The position numbers were made by a program, and so were the translations under genes. The notes under the pieces are model-generated. The model did not search any database. It was not told the origin of the DNA and was given only the letters and a program-made list of their open reading frames with translations. From an uncultured Clostridium sp. (GTDB taxonomy: Bacteria > Bacillota > Clostridia > TANB77 > CAG-508): a DNA stretch of 64,000 nt. The stretch spans positions 18,284 through 82,283 of the forward strand of contig CABQAZ010000005.1 of NCBI GenBank assembly GCA_902462295.1, written 5' to 3'. Shown piece after piece: positions 9,769 to 19,383 of this stretch (positions are counted from its first letter, which is position 1; each line of letters opens with the position of its first letter).

Positions 9769-10953
9769 ATGGAAATTCAAACAGTGGTAATATTATTAGT
9801 AGTAATAGATATAATTATTTTAACATTTAGCGAAATAGCTATGAAAAAATATTTAAGAAAAAAAGTAATGTTTCCAAAAACAAAATTAATAAAAGGTTCA
9901 GATGTAACTAATGACGATTTAGATATAAACAATAGTATATTTTTGCATATGACAGATGGAATAATAGCATTTGATAGAGATGGAAAAATAGTATTAATAA
10001 ATCCTGCAGCTCAAAAAATGATGAATGTATTACCAGAACATACATGTTTTGAAGATATATTTGGTAGATTTCATTTAAATATAAATTTAGAAAAAATTAT
10101 ATATCTTGAAAATTGGACTAAAACAGAAGAAAGATTTCAAATTGAAGAAAGATTTGTAAATGCATATTTTGCACCATTTAAAAAAGAAAATGACAGAACA
10201 GTTGGTGTAATAGTTGTAATACAAGATATAACAGAACATGTTAAACTAGATAATATGAGAAAAGAATTTATAGCTGATGTATCACACGAATTAAAAACAC
10301 CAATAACGTCAATAATGGGATATGCAGATACATTATTAGAAGAAGAATATGATAAAGAAACACAAAGTAAATTTTTAAATGTAATAGCTTCAGAAGCAAG
10401 AAGAATGGCTAAACTAGTAACAGATTTACTTACACTTTCTAGAAATGACAGTAATACAAATAAAGCCAAAAAAGAGCAATTTGAATTAGGTGAATTGGTA
10501 AAAAAATGTCAGGACAAGTTAGCAATAGAAATAAAAAAGAAAAATCATGAAGTTAAATGTTTTGTAACAGCAGATGTTCCACCTGTTTATGCAGATAAAG
10601 ATGATATAGAGAGAGTAGTTTTAAATATTTTAACAAATAGTATAAAATATACAAAAGATGGTGGAGAAATTAAAATATATGTTGGATTTGTATATAATGA
10701 TGCATATATTAAAATTTTTGATAATGGTATAGGAATTCCAGAAGAAGATTTAAATAGAATTTTTGAAAGATTTTATAGAGTAGATAAGGCTCGTAGTAGA
10801 GAAATGGGAGGAACAGGTCTAGGACTTTCTATTGCAAAAGATTTACTTGACAGAAATGGTGGAAGTATTGATATAAAAAGTGAGGTTGGAAAGGGAACAG
10901 AAGTAGTTCTAAAAGTTCCAACAAAAACTAAAGAAGACAAAAAAATAGATTAA
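9769..10953 (+). CDS. orphan sensor histidine kinase (N-terminal TM, PAS, HisKA, HATPase_c)
   Basis: H-box FIADVSHELKTPITSI, N/G1/G2 boxes (NILTNSIKYT, FDNGIGI, GGTGLGLSI); PAS-like DGIIAFDRDGKIVLINPAA; no adjacent response regulator. Confidence 0.85.
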   Translation: MEIQTVVILLVVIDIIILTFSEIAMKKYLRKKVMFPKTKLIKGSDVTNDDLDINNSIFLHMTDGIIAFDRDGKIVLINPAAQKMMNVLPEHTCFEDIFGRFHLNINLEKIIYLENWTKTEERFQIEERFVNAYFAPFKKENDRTVGVIVVIQDITEHVKLDNMRKEFIADVSHELKTPITSIMGYADTLLEEEYDKETQSKFLNVIASEARRMAKLVTDLLTLSRNDSNTNKAKKEQFELGELVKKCQDKLAIEIKKKNHEVKCFVTADVPPVYADKDDIERVVLNILTNSIKYTKDGGEIKIYVGFVYNDAYIKIFDNGIGIPEEDLNRIFERFYRVDKARSREMGGTGLGLSIAKDLLDRNGGSIDIKSEVGKGTEVVLKVPTKTKEDKKID

Positions 10954-10982
10954 AAAATTAATCAAAACAATTATCTTACAAC
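10952..10982 (+). repeat. 31-bp motif AAAAAATTAATCAAAACAATTATCTTACAAC, copy 1 (immediately after HK stop)
   Basis: 29/31 identical to 15337-15367. Confidence 0.6.
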
Positions 10983-11010
10983 ATTAAAAAGGATTAATTA
11001 AAAAATAATA

Positions 11011-11039
11011 TTGAAAATTAAGATAAATTATTATATAAT
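11011..11039 (+). promoter_or_regulatory. sigma-A-like promoter upstream of lepB (TTGAAA-17-TATAAT)
   Basis: TTGAAA 11011-11016, TATAAT 11034-11039. Confidence 0.4.
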
Positions 11040-11094
11040 AACAAAAGTAAAAAAGTACTCAAAAGAAAAAAATTTGAGGTAGAAAGGAAAAGAT

Positions 11095-11748
11095 ATGAAA
11101 TCAACTTTAAGAGAGATAATAGAGTGGTTAGTTTGTATAATAATAGCAGTAGTATTAGCTTTATTAGTAAGATATTATATAGGAACACCAACAATAGTAC
11201 AACAAACATCAATGACACCAACATTAAAAGAAAATGAAAGATTATGGCTTAATAGATGGGGAAGAACAACAAAAAAAATGCCAGAAAGAGGAGATATAAT
11301 AACATTTGAAGCACCAAGTGTAACAAAAGTGTCAAGTGACAATATAGACTTAGATAATCCAGTAGCAATATATGATGAAGAACCACAAGGAGCGTTAAAA
11401 AGATTTTCATATTATGTTTTAGAAAATGGAAAAAGAAGCTATATAAAAAGAGTAATAGGATTACCTGGAGATTATGTAGAAATAAAAGATGGTGGAGTCT
11501 ATATAAATGGAGAAAAACTACAAGAAAACTATTTACGAGCAGGAGTAGTAACAGATATGATTCAGGGAAATAGAGATGAAAGTTATTTTAACAAATTTAC
11601 AGTACCCGAAAATTATGTATTTGCAATGGGAGATAATAGGCCAGGAAGTACAGATTGTAGGTCATTTGGTTGTATACCATTAAGCAAAATAGAAGGAAAA
11701 GTATTGTTTAGATTTTGGCCATTTTCAAAATTTGGAGGAGTAGAATAA
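11095..11748 (+). CDS. lepB: signal peptidase I
   Basis: N-terminal TM, catalytic Ser box SMTPTL, Lys box KRVIGLPGD, GDNRPGSTDCRSFG box. Confidence 0.85.
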   Translation: MKSTLREIIEWLVCIIIAVVLALLVRYYIGTPTIVQQTSMTPTLKENERLWLNRWGRTTKKMPERGDIITFEAPSVTKVSSDNIDLDNPVAIYDEEPQGALKRFSYYVLENGKRSYIKRVIGLPGDYVEIKDGGVYINGEKLQENYLRAGVVTDMIQGNRDESYFNKFTVPENYVFAMGDNRPGSTDCRSFGCIPLSKIEGKVLFRFWPFSKFGGVE

Positions 11749-11752
11749 AAAA

Positions 11753-12652
11753 TTGTTTGAAAACATATTAGGAAACGAAAAAAACAAAAACATATTAGAG
11801 AAATCAATAGAATTAAATAAAACTTCACATAGTTATATATTTTGGGGAACAGAAGGAATCGGAAAAAAAATTATTGCAAAAGAATTCGCAAAAAAAATTT
11901 TATGTATTCAAAACCATGATTATAATTGTAAATGTAAATCCTGCATTGAATTTGATTCAAATAATAATCCTGACTTTCAACTTATAGAAGCAACTGATGG
12001 AAAAATAAAGATAGAACAAGTCAGAGAAATGCAGAAGAAGATATCAGAAAAACCGATAATATCAGACAAAAAAGTTTATATTATAAATGATGCAGGAACA
12101 ATGACAAAAGAAGCACAAAACTGTTTACTAAAAACCTTAGAAGAACCACCAGAATATATAACAATAATATTAATATGCTCAAACGAAGATAATTTACTTA
12201 GTACAATAAAATCAAGATGTACAAGAATGTACTTTGAACCAATAAAAGAGGAAGAAATAAAAAAATACATAGAACTCAATTTCCCAGAACAGCAAATAAG
12301 TGAAAAAATTATAAGCTTATCACAAGGAAGCATAGGAAAAACAATTAAATTAAATGAAAAAAAATATATATATGAAAATATAGAAGATATATTATTAAGT
12401 ATGCAAAAAAAAGATTTAATAGAAATAGTACAAATGTCAACAGAAATATATAAAGCAAAAGAAGAAATAAATCCGATACTAGAATATATAAATGTATTAT
12501 TAATAAAACTAAGCAAGAAAAATATAAAATATATAAAATGTATACAAATTGTGGAAGAAACAAAAAAAAGATTAAAGGCAAATAGCAATTATGATATGTG
12601 TATTGATTACATGATATTTTCTATGTGGCATGAAATGATAGAAAGCAGATAG
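11753..12652 (+). CDS. holB: DNA polymerase III delta-prime subunit
   Basis: AAA+ clamp-loader fold, IFWGTEGIGKK P-loop-like, Zn-module CxxC...CxxC, SRC motif (KSRCT). Confidence 0.8.
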   Translation: MFENILGNEKNKNILEKSIELNKTSHSYIFWGTEGIGKKIIAKEFAKKILCIQNHDYNCKCKSCIEFDSNNNPDFQLIEATDGKIKIEQVREMQKKISEKPIISDKKVYIINDAGTMTKEAQNCLLKTLEEPPEYITIILICSNEDNLLSTIKSRCTRMYFEPIKEEEIKKYIELNFPEQQISEKIISLSQGSIGKTIKLNEKKYIYENIEDILLSMQKKDLIEIVQMSTEIYKAKEEINPILEYINVLLIKLSKKNIKYIKCIQIVEETKKRLKANSNYDMCIDYMIFSMWHEMIESR

Positions 12653-12676
12653 ACACATAAAGAAAGGGCGAATTAA

Positions 12677-13588
12677 ATGAAAAGAATAATAGGAGTTAGA
12701 TTTAAACGATTAGGAAAAATATACTTTTTTGACCCTAAATGGTTAGAAGTAAAAAAAGGAGAAAGTGTAATTGTTGAAACTTCTCAAGGGGAAGAAATTG
12801 CAGAAGTTGTTGTTCCTAATAGAATGATAGAAGAAGAAAAAATAGTAACACCACTAAAGAAAATATTAAGATTAGCTTCTCAAAGAGATTTAAAACATGC
12901 AGAAGAATGCAGAAAAAAAGAAAAAGAAGCATTTGATTTATGTAATAAAAAAATAAAAGAACATAAATTAGAAATGACATTAACAGATGTAGAGTATAAA
13001 TTTGATAATAGTAAAATATTATTTTACTTTACAGCAGATGGAAGAATTGATTTTAGAGATTTAGTAAAAGATTTAGCTTCAATATATAAAACAAGAATAG
13101 AATTAAGACAAATTGGAGTAAGAGATGAAGTAAAAAGAATTGGTGGAAATGGTGTATGTGGAAGAGAACTATGTTGTTGTTCATTTTTAAGTGATTTTGA
13201 AACAGTGTCAATAAAAATGGCAAAAGAACAAAATATATCATTAAATCCATCAAAAATTTCTGGGAACTGTGGAAGATTAATGTGTTGTTTAAAATATGAA
13301 CAAGAAGTTTATGAAGAAAAACTTAAAAAATTACCAAATGTTGGGGCAATAGTAAAAACTCCTGATGGGCAAGGAGAAGTAGAGGGAATTGAACCATTAA
13401 AAGAAATTGTCAAAGTTAAACTTAAAAATGGAGAAATATTTAAAATTAAAAGATATGATATTAAAGAAATAAAAGTTATTAAAGATATAGTAAAAGAACA
13501 AACGGATAATGAAGAAAAGGAATATCAAAAAGAATTAAAAGAACTGGAAAATTTAGAAAAGAAAGACTTAAAATTAAAAGAAAGCTAA
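12677..13588 (+). CDS. ricT: PSP1-domain protein YaaT/RicT (stage 0 sporulation / RNase Y regulator)
   Basis: PSP1 C-terminal domain with Cys cluster (GVCGRELCCCSF...GNCGRLMCCLKYE); conserved holB-yaaT synteny. Confidence 0.8.
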   Translation: MKRIIGVRFKRLGKIYFFDPKWLEVKKGESVIVETSQGEEIAEVVVPNRMIEEEKIVTPLKKILRLASQRDLKHAEECRKKEKEAFDLCNKKIKEHKLEMTLTDVEYKFDNSKILFYFTADGRIDFRDLVKDLASIYKTRIELRQIGVRDEVKRIGGNGVCGRELCCCSFLSDFETVSIKMAKEQNISLNPSKISGNCGRLMCCLKYEQEVYEEKLKKLPNVGAIVKTPDGQGEVEGIEPLKEIVKVKLKNGEIFKIKRYDIKEIKVIKDIVKEQTDNEEKEYQKELKELENLEKKDLKLKES

Positions 13589-13642
13589 ATTTTTTTATGA
13601 TATTTAATAATTGTTTCTTAAATGAGAGGTGGTGATGATAAG

Positions 13643-13816
13643 ATGGCATATAAAATACAATGTGATAAATGTATAAGTTGTGGAGCTTGTGCTGCAGAAT
13701 GTCCAGTTGGATGTATATCACAAGGAGAAACATGTTTTAAAATAGAAGAATCAGCTTGTATTGGATGTGGCACATGTGCAGGAGTTTGTCCAGTAGAAGC
13801 ACCAGTTGAGCAATAA
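13643..13816 (+). CDS. fdx: 2x[4Fe-4S] clostridial-type ferredoxin (57 aa; ATG 13643 preferred over upstream ATG 13622)
   Basis: two CxxCxxCxxxCP motifs (CISCGACAAECP, CIGCGTCAGVCP). Confidence 0.8.
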   Translation: MAYKIQCDKCISCGACAAECPVGCISQGETCFKIEESACIGCGTCAGVCPVEAPVEQ

Positions 13817-13876
13817 AAATAAATACAAAATCACAAATATATCCCTCTTTATATATAATATTAAAGGGGGGGATAA

Positions 13877-14197
13877 ATGTTTTGCAGAAAAAAATGTTAT
13901 AGAAGCTTTCAAAATGGGGATATAACAATGGAGGAACTAAAAAATAAAGTTGTACAAGGTGCAATACTCTTAGACGTTAGAAGTAAACAGGAATATAATG
14001 AGGGACATTTACAAGGAGCAATAAATATACCGGAATTTGAATTAGCAAATAGAGTAAGAAAAGAAATACCAAAAAAGAACCAGATGATAATAATTTATTG
14101 CCAATATGGAGGAAGAAGTAGAAACTCATATATTATGATGAAAAGAATGGGATATACTAATATATATAATCTATATGGTGGATTAGATATGATGTAA
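13877..14197 (+). CDS. single-domain rhodanese (sulfurtransferase)
   Basis: active-site loop CQYGGRS, rhodanese fold motifs (LLDVR...EY..GH..GA.NIP). Confidence 0.75.
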   Translation: MFCRKKCYRSFQNGDITMEELKNKVVQGAILLDVRSKQEYNEGHLQGAINIPEFELANRVRKEIPKKNQMIIIYCQYGGRSRNSYIMMKRMGYTNIYNLYGGLDMM

Positions 14198-14243
14198 GTT
14201 TTTATATTACAATAAAGTATAAACTGTAAAGAACAGAAAAGAG

Positions 14244-14276
14244 AGCTATACTCAATTTGTGAGTGTGGCTTTTTTA
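14244..14276 (+). terminator. rho-independent terminator after rhodanese gene
   Basis: AGCTATACTCA / TGAGTGTGGCT stem (two G-U) + TTTTT. Confidence 0.45.
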
Positions 14277-14331
14277 TATAATAGGAAAGTGATACTTTTA
14301 TAAATCGAGTGAAAGCAAATGGAGGAATGAA

Positions 14332-14883
14332 ATGAATATAAAAAGAATAGAAAGCCAAACTAAAGAAAAGTTAAAATATTTTAAAGAAATAAATTCAACA
14401 CATATACATGCAAAAGAAATAGAAAAACAAGGAGACCAAATTTTAATTGCAGAAGTACAAACAATGGGAATAGGTACAAAAGGAAGAAAATGGCATACAG
14501 GTGCAAACAACAATATAGCAATGACAATAATAAAACATCCAAAATGCAAAATTGAAAAATTAGATGGTGTAACAACACAAATTGCTGAAATTATAAAGCA
14601 AATAATAAAGGAAATGTATGGGTATGAATTAAAAATAAAAATGCCAAATGATTTAATGTTGAATAACAAAAAAGTATGTGGAATATTGACAGAAATTCGT
14701 ACTCAAGGTGAAAAAATAGAGTATTTATTAATAAGTATAGGATTTAACGTAAATGAAAGTAGTTTTACAAAAGAATTAGAAGAAATAGCAACATCACTAA
14801 AAAAAGAATATAAGATAGATTTTGAAAGAGAAGATATAATAATAAATATAATAAATAGAATAAACGAATTAATTAAGTTATAA
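14332..14883 (+). CDS. birA: biotin--protein ligase family protein (BirA catalytic domain only, short)
   Basis: GIGTKGRKW (GRGRRGRxW-like) and KMPNDLMLNNKKVCGILTE (KWPNDL...GILxE) motifs; no N-terminal HTH. Confidence 0.65.
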   Translation: MNIKRIESQTKEKLKYFKEINSTHIHAKEIEKQGDQILIAEVQTMGIGTKGRKWHTGANNNIAMTIIKHPKCKIEKLDGVTTQIAEIIKQIIKEMYGYELKIKMPNDLMLNNKKVCGILTEIRTQGEKIEYLLISIGFNVNESSFTKELEEIATSLKKEYKIDFEREDIIINIINRINELIKL

Positions 14884-14923
14884 AAAAAATATTAGAGAAT
14901 ATAAATATAATAGGAGGTTTGTC

Positions 14924-15286
14924 ATGAAGGGATTGAGAAACATTATAAAAGGTGTAATAATTTCAATGATATTTACATTTATTTTTTTATTTATATTTTC
15001 GATTATATTAACATATACAAATATGAGTGAATCATTTATAAAACCTGTAATAATAATAACAACAGCTATTAGTATATTTATAGGAAGTTCAATAGGCAAT
15101 TTAAAAATGAAAAAAAATGGGTTATTAAATGGAGCAATAATTGGAATAATATATTTATTGAGTATATATCTTTTATCAGGGATAATAAATCAAAATTTCA
15201 CATTAACAATACAATCATTGATAATAATAATTTCTGGAATGTTATGTGGAATGTTTGGAGGAATTATAGGAATAAATAAAGGCTAA
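14924..15286 (+). CDS. small integral membrane protein (4 predicted TM), unknown function
   Basis: 120 aa, hydrophobic segments, RBS GGAGG 6 nt upstream. Confidence 0.5.
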   Translation: MKGLRNIIKGVIISMIFTFIFLFIFSIILTYTNMSESFIKPVIIITTAISIFIGSSIGNLKMKKNGLLNGAIIGIIYLLSIYLLSGIINQNFTLTIQSLIIIISGMLCGMFGGIIGINKG

Positions 15287-15336
15287 TTTTACACAATTAG
15301 CTTTATTCTTATCAGAAACTATATCAGGTAATTCTA

Positions 15337-15367
15337 AAAAAATTAATCAAAACCATTATCTTATAAC
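15337..15367 (+). repeat. 31-bp motif AAAAAATTAATCAAAACCATTATCTTATAAC, copy 2 (after membrane-protein gene)
   Basis: 29/31 identical to 10952-10982. Confidence 0.6.
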
Positions 15368-15449
15368 TATTTTAAAATAAAAATGTATAAAAATAGTTGA
15401 TATTTTTGAAAAAATAGGATAAAATCTATAAAGACAAAAGGAGGAAACT

Positions 15450-16109
15450 ATGATAACTTTAGAAGATGTAATGAAAAATGAAGAAGTTAAAGCATTTGTT
15501 CATGCTTCACAAAAACAGTTAAAAGCATTAGGATATACAGAACATTCAGAGAGACATATAGGAATAGTATCAAAAAGAACAGGAGAAATATTACAAAAAT
15601 TAGGATATGACGAAAGAACTATAGAATTAGGAAAAATTGCAGGATATTTGCATGACATAGGAAATTGTATAAATAGAGTGGATCATGCACATAGTGGAGC
15701 AATATTAGCATATAACATTTTAAAAGAAATGGATATGCCAGCAGAAGACAGAACTGAAATAGTAATGGCAATAGGAAATCATGATGAGGGAACAGGAACA
15801 GCTGTAAGTGACATATCAGCAGCTTTAATATTAGCAGATAAATCAGATGTTCATAGAGACAGAGTAGTAAATACAAATATGTCAACATTCGATATACATG
15901 ATAGAGTAAATTATGCTGTAACAGATGCAAAACTAGAAATAGATGAAGTTTCAAGAAAAGTAATATTAAACCTAACAATAGACACTCAAATATGTCCAGT
16001 ATTAGATTATTTTCAAATTTTTATGGATAGAACAATGATGAGTAAATATGCTGCAAAATATTTGCATATATGGTTTGAATTAGTAATAAATGGAACAAAG
16101 TTATTATAA
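15450..16109 (+). CDS. HD-domain metal-dependent phosphohydrolase
   Basis: H...HD motif (SERHIGIV...YLHDIGN), additional His/Asp ligands (HAHSGA, NHDEG, D at DKSD). Confidence 0.7.
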   Translation: MITLEDVMKNEEVKAFVHASQKQLKALGYTEHSERHIGIVSKRTGEILQKLGYDERTIELGKIAGYLHDIGNCINRVDHAHSGAILAYNILKEMDMPAEDRTEIVMAIGNHDEGTGTAVSDISAALILADKSDVHRDRVVNTNMSTFDIHDRVNYAVTDAKLEIDEVSRKVILNLTIDTQICPVLDYFQIFMDRTMMSKYAAKYLHIWFELVINGTKLL

Positions 16110-16111
16110 TA

Positions 16112-17509
16112 ATGAAAGGAACGATTATAAAAATGAAAAAGGTAAAAATAACAACAATAATATTAGCAATTATATTAGTATCACTAGTTGCATTTGGTGG
16201 TGTATATATAAAAACACAAAATAGAATGGAAGACAAAGTAAAAGAATATTCATTTGGAAGAGAACTTAATGGGGGAAGAATAATAGAATTAAAAGTAAAA
16301 GAAGAAAGTGATGAAGAAGAAGAAACAACAACACAAAATTCAGATGATTTAACAGTTGAAAATTATGAAACTGTAAAAAATACAATCGAAAAAAGATTAA
16401 AAAGTCTTAGTGCTCAAGATTATACAATATCATTAAACAAAAAAGATGGTACAATCAGAGTAGAATTACCAGAAGATGAAAGAACAGATGATTTAGCATA
16501 CTATTTAGTAGCATCAGGAAAAGTAGAATTAAAAGAAAAAGACACAAGTACAAAATTACTTAATGAATCAATGGTAAAAAAAGTTCAATACACATATAAA
16601 ACAAATACAGATGGAGCATATCAAGTTTATTTAGAAATTTTATTAACAAAAGATGGACAATCTAAAATAGAAGAAATCAAAAATGATTATGCATTACTAG
16701 CTACTGAAATAGAAGAAATAGAAAAAAAAGATAAAAGTACCACAGATTCAACAGAAGATACAACAACAACTGAAGAAACAGATACAACAACTGAAAATAC
16801 TGATGGAACAGACGAAAATAAAGAAGAAACCAAAAAAGTAGCAAAATTATCATTAGCAGGAACAGAATATGATATAGAAAGTTTAGAAAAAAATAAAATA
16901 ACTGTAAAAATAGGTTCTGAAACATCAAATAATACATCAGTAAACAATAATATAGCAAAAGCAGCAGAAATAGCAATGTTAGTAAATTCAGGAAAATATC
17001 CAATAGAATATGAAGCAAAAACTAATAGACTTGTATATTCAGATATATCAAAAGAACAATTAATTTATTTTGCATTAATAATTGCAATATTGTTAGTAGT
17101 TGTATTTATAGTATTTACAGTAAAATATAAAACTAAAGGATTACTTTCAAGTATATCATGTGTAGGATTTATAGCAATATTATCATTATTATTAAGATAC
17201 ACAAATGTTAATATATCAATAGAGGGAATAGGAGCAATAATATTAACAATATTAATAGACCTAAAATTAAATCAAATAATGTTAAATAAAATGAAAACAA
17301 TGAATGTTGTTAATGAAGCAACAGTAAGTTCATACAAAGAGATATTTTCAAAATTAATACCTATAATGATTATTACATTAGTATTCTGTTTTTCAGGATG
17401 GGCAAATTTAAGTAGTTTTGGAATGATAATGTTCTGGGGCTTAATATTAGTAGCAGTATATAATGTAATTTTTACAAAAACATTATTAAAATTGAAAGAA
17501 AGCAAATAG
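16112..17509 (+). CDS. membrane protein with N-terminal anchor, Thr/Glu-rich low-complexity ectodomain and SecD-like C-terminal TM bundle (divergent)
   Basis: SIEGIGAIILTILIDLK resembles SecD signature (s)EGIAGIILTIGMAVD; C-terminal TM helices; acidic TTTEETDTTTEN repeats. Confidence 0.35.
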   Translation: MKGTIIKMKKVKITTIILAIILVSLVAFGGVYIKTQNRMEDKVKEYSFGRELNGGRIIELKVKEESDEEEETTTQNSDDLTVENYETVKNTIEKRLKSLSAQDYTISLNKKDGTIRVELPEDERTDDLAYYLVASGKVELKEKDTSTKLLNESMVKKVQYTYKTNTDGAYQVYLEILLTKDGQSKIEEIKNDYALLATEIEEIEKKDKSTTDSTEDTTTTEETDTTTENTDGTDENKEETKKVAKLSLAGTEYDIESLEKNKITVKIGSETSNNTSVNNNIAKAAEIAMLVNSGKYPIEYEAKTNRLVYSDISKEQLIYFALIIAILLVVVFIVFTVKYKTKGLLSSISCVGFIAILSLLLRYTNVNISIEGIGAIILTILIDLKLNQIMLNKMKTMNVVNEATVSSYKEIFSKLIPIMIITLVFCFSGWANLSSFGMIMFWGLILVAVYNVIFTKTLLKLKESK

Positions 17510-17519
17510 GAGGCAATAC

Positions 17520-18143
17520 ATGAAACAAAAAAATATAAAAATTATTTCTATTGCTATTATAGCATTAGTTATTATTGCAGGAATAGTAGTGATAGGTATA
17601 TGGGGATTTAATAAAGAACTTAGATTTGAACAAAGTCAAAGTATAGATGTATATGTTGAGCAAAAAGTTGATGAATCAAAAATAAAAGAAATTGTACATG
17701 AATCTTTAAATGGAAATAGTAGTATGATTCAAATGGTAGAAATATATAAAGATATGGTTACAATACGTTCAAAGGAAATAACAGAAGAACAAAAAGATAA
17801 TATTGTAAATAAAATAAAAGAAAATTATGAATTTGACCAAACTGCAGAAAATACTACAATAAATGATGTACCTGCAACAAGAATAATAGATATTTATAAA
17901 AAATATATAGTACCATTTGTTATATCTGGAGTTTTAGTATTAATATATATGAGTATAAGGTATTATAAAAAAGGAATATTAAAAGTTATTGCAAGAACAA
18001 TTTTAATTCCTGTTTTTGCAGAAATGTTTTTATTAAGTATTATTGCAATTACAAGAATTCCAATAGGAAGATTTACACCTGTTCTTGTTATAGGTATGTA
18101 TGTTGCAAGTATATTAATTGTAATTAAAGAAACTGAAAAATAA
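17520..18143 (+). CDS. membrane protein, possible SecF-like partner of upstream gene (divergent, short)
   Basis: N-terminal TM, ~110-aa extracytoplasmic segment, 2-3 C-terminal TM; 10-nt gap to upstream gene. Confidence 0.3.
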   Translation: MKQKNIKIISIAIIALVIIAGIVVIGIWGFNKELRFEQSQSIDVYVEQKVDESKIKEIVHESLNGNSSMIQMVEIYKDMVTIRSKEITEEQKDNIVNKIKENYEFDQTAENTTINDVPATRIIDIYKKYIVPFVISGVLVLIYMSIRYYKKGILKVIARTILIPVFAEMFLLSIIAITRIPIGRFTPVLVIGMYVASILIVIKETEK

Positions 18144-18150
18144 AAAAATA

Positions 18151-18190
18151 AAGGCTATTTTGGAATTATTAAAAATAGCCTTATTATAAT
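18151..18190 (+). terminator. rho-independent terminator
   Basis: AAGGCTATTT / AAATAGCCTT perfect 10-bp stem, U-rich tail. Confidence 0.5.
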
Positions 18191-18204
18191 ACCAGGAAAT
18201 AAAT

Positions 18205-18723
18205 ATGAAAGGAATAATAATTATGTCAAAAGTTGAAAAAAGAAAAAATTATATAAGTTGGGATGAATATTTTATGGCAATAGCAAAATTATCAGCAATG
18301 AGAAGTAAAGATCCAAGTACACAGGTTGGAGCATGTATAGTTAGTAATGATAATAGAATTTTGTCAATAGGATATAATGGTGCACCAAATGGATTTGATG
18401 ATGAAAAGTTTCCGTGGGCAAGAGAGGGAAAAAATCTTGAAACAAAGTATCCGTATGTATGTCATGCAGAAATGAATGCAATTTTGAATTATAGAGGTAG
18501 CAAAAAGGATCTAGAGGAAGCTCGAATATATGTTGATTTATTTCCTTGTAATGAATGTGCTAAAATAATAATTCAGTCAGGTATAAAAGAAGTTGTTTAT
18601 TTATCAGATAAATATGCTGATTCCGAAAATAATATTGCTTCACGAAAGCTTTTTGACGTATGTGGGGTTATATATAAAAAAATTGAACTAGATGAGAAAA
18701 AAGAGATAAATATTATATTATAG
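18205..18723 (+). CDS. comEB: dCMP deaminase (ComEB-type cytidine/deoxycytidylate deaminase); start may be ATG 18223
   Basis: zinc motifs HAEMNA and PCNECAK. Confidence 0.8.
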   Translation: MKGIIIMSKVEKRKNYISWDEYFMAIAKLSAMRSKDPSTQVGACIVSNDNRILSIGYNGAPNGFDDEKFPWAREGKNLETKYPYVCHAEMNAILNYRGSKKDLEEARIYVDLFPCNECAKIIIQSGIKEVVYLSDKYADSENNIASRKLFDVCGVIYKKIELDEKKEINIIL

Positions 18724-18885
18724 TTTTTATTCTATAGTTGTAAGAATAATAGTTTATCTTATAAAAGTTAAATTAAAACTATTATTTATAATATTTAATA
18801 TTATTTTTAAGCAGATAAAGTTGAAATTTACATAAGAATGTGACAGAATAAAGATATAATATAAATATATAAGGAGGAATCTTGT

Positions 18886-19380
18886 ATGAAGCGGATTCAA
18901 GTTTTTTTTATGGTAATGGTGGTATTGCTCACATGTATTCTTAGCGGTTGTATTAGTAATGATAGCGACAGTAATGAACTCAGGCTTGAGTGTAGCTATG
19001 AATTAGTTGCGGTAAAAGCTAATGTTCAGACACAAGTTAGTGGAGATTTTTCTGGTATATATGTGCTAGGAATTGGAGGGGTATCAGGAACTGCAGATGT
19101 AAAAACAACAAAAGTTTATGACTTTTGGTACAAGCGGGATGATGGAGGAATCATACCTGATACCATTGATTTAGAGTCATATACTTATCCTGAAAATGTC
19201 AGGATAGTAATTTATGAAAGTGATACTATAAATCCAAAGGTAGAAATCTGGAGAAATAATGATGCAAGAGGTTTTGGTGATGGTTCATTTTCAAATTGTA
19301 GAACTGAAATTCGATTTACGATTCCTAAGGGATCATTTGTGAATACTTATGATTTCAAAAACAACACAGATTCTCAGTAA
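18886..19380 (+). CDS. lipoprotein of unknown function, GC-atypical (~38% GC)
   Basis: signal peptide + lipobox LSGC, strong RBS AAGGAGG; codon usage (GCG, CTC, AGC GGT) unlike neighbours. Confidence 0.6.
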   Translation: MKRIQVFFMVMVVLLTCILSGCISNDSDSNELRLECSYELVAVKANVQTQVSGDFSGIYVLGIGGVSGTADVKTTKVYDFWYKRDDGGIIPDTIDLESYTYPENVRIVIYESDTINPKVEIWRNNDARGFGDGSFSNCRTEIRFTIPKGSFVNTYDFKNNTDSQ

Positions 19381-19383
19381 TAA

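Noticed and set aside
12076-12588. 170-aa ORF on - strand (also 31994-32482, 36127-36582, 25097-25621, 49869-50366, 31339-31776 and other antisense ORFs in the track)
   Set aside because: They lie antisense within well-supported conserved genes (holB, map, rplQ, rpsQ/rplN, lepA, adk). The translations are low-complexity Leu/Phe/Ile-rich, typical of AT-rich antisense frames. None has an RBS or motifs.
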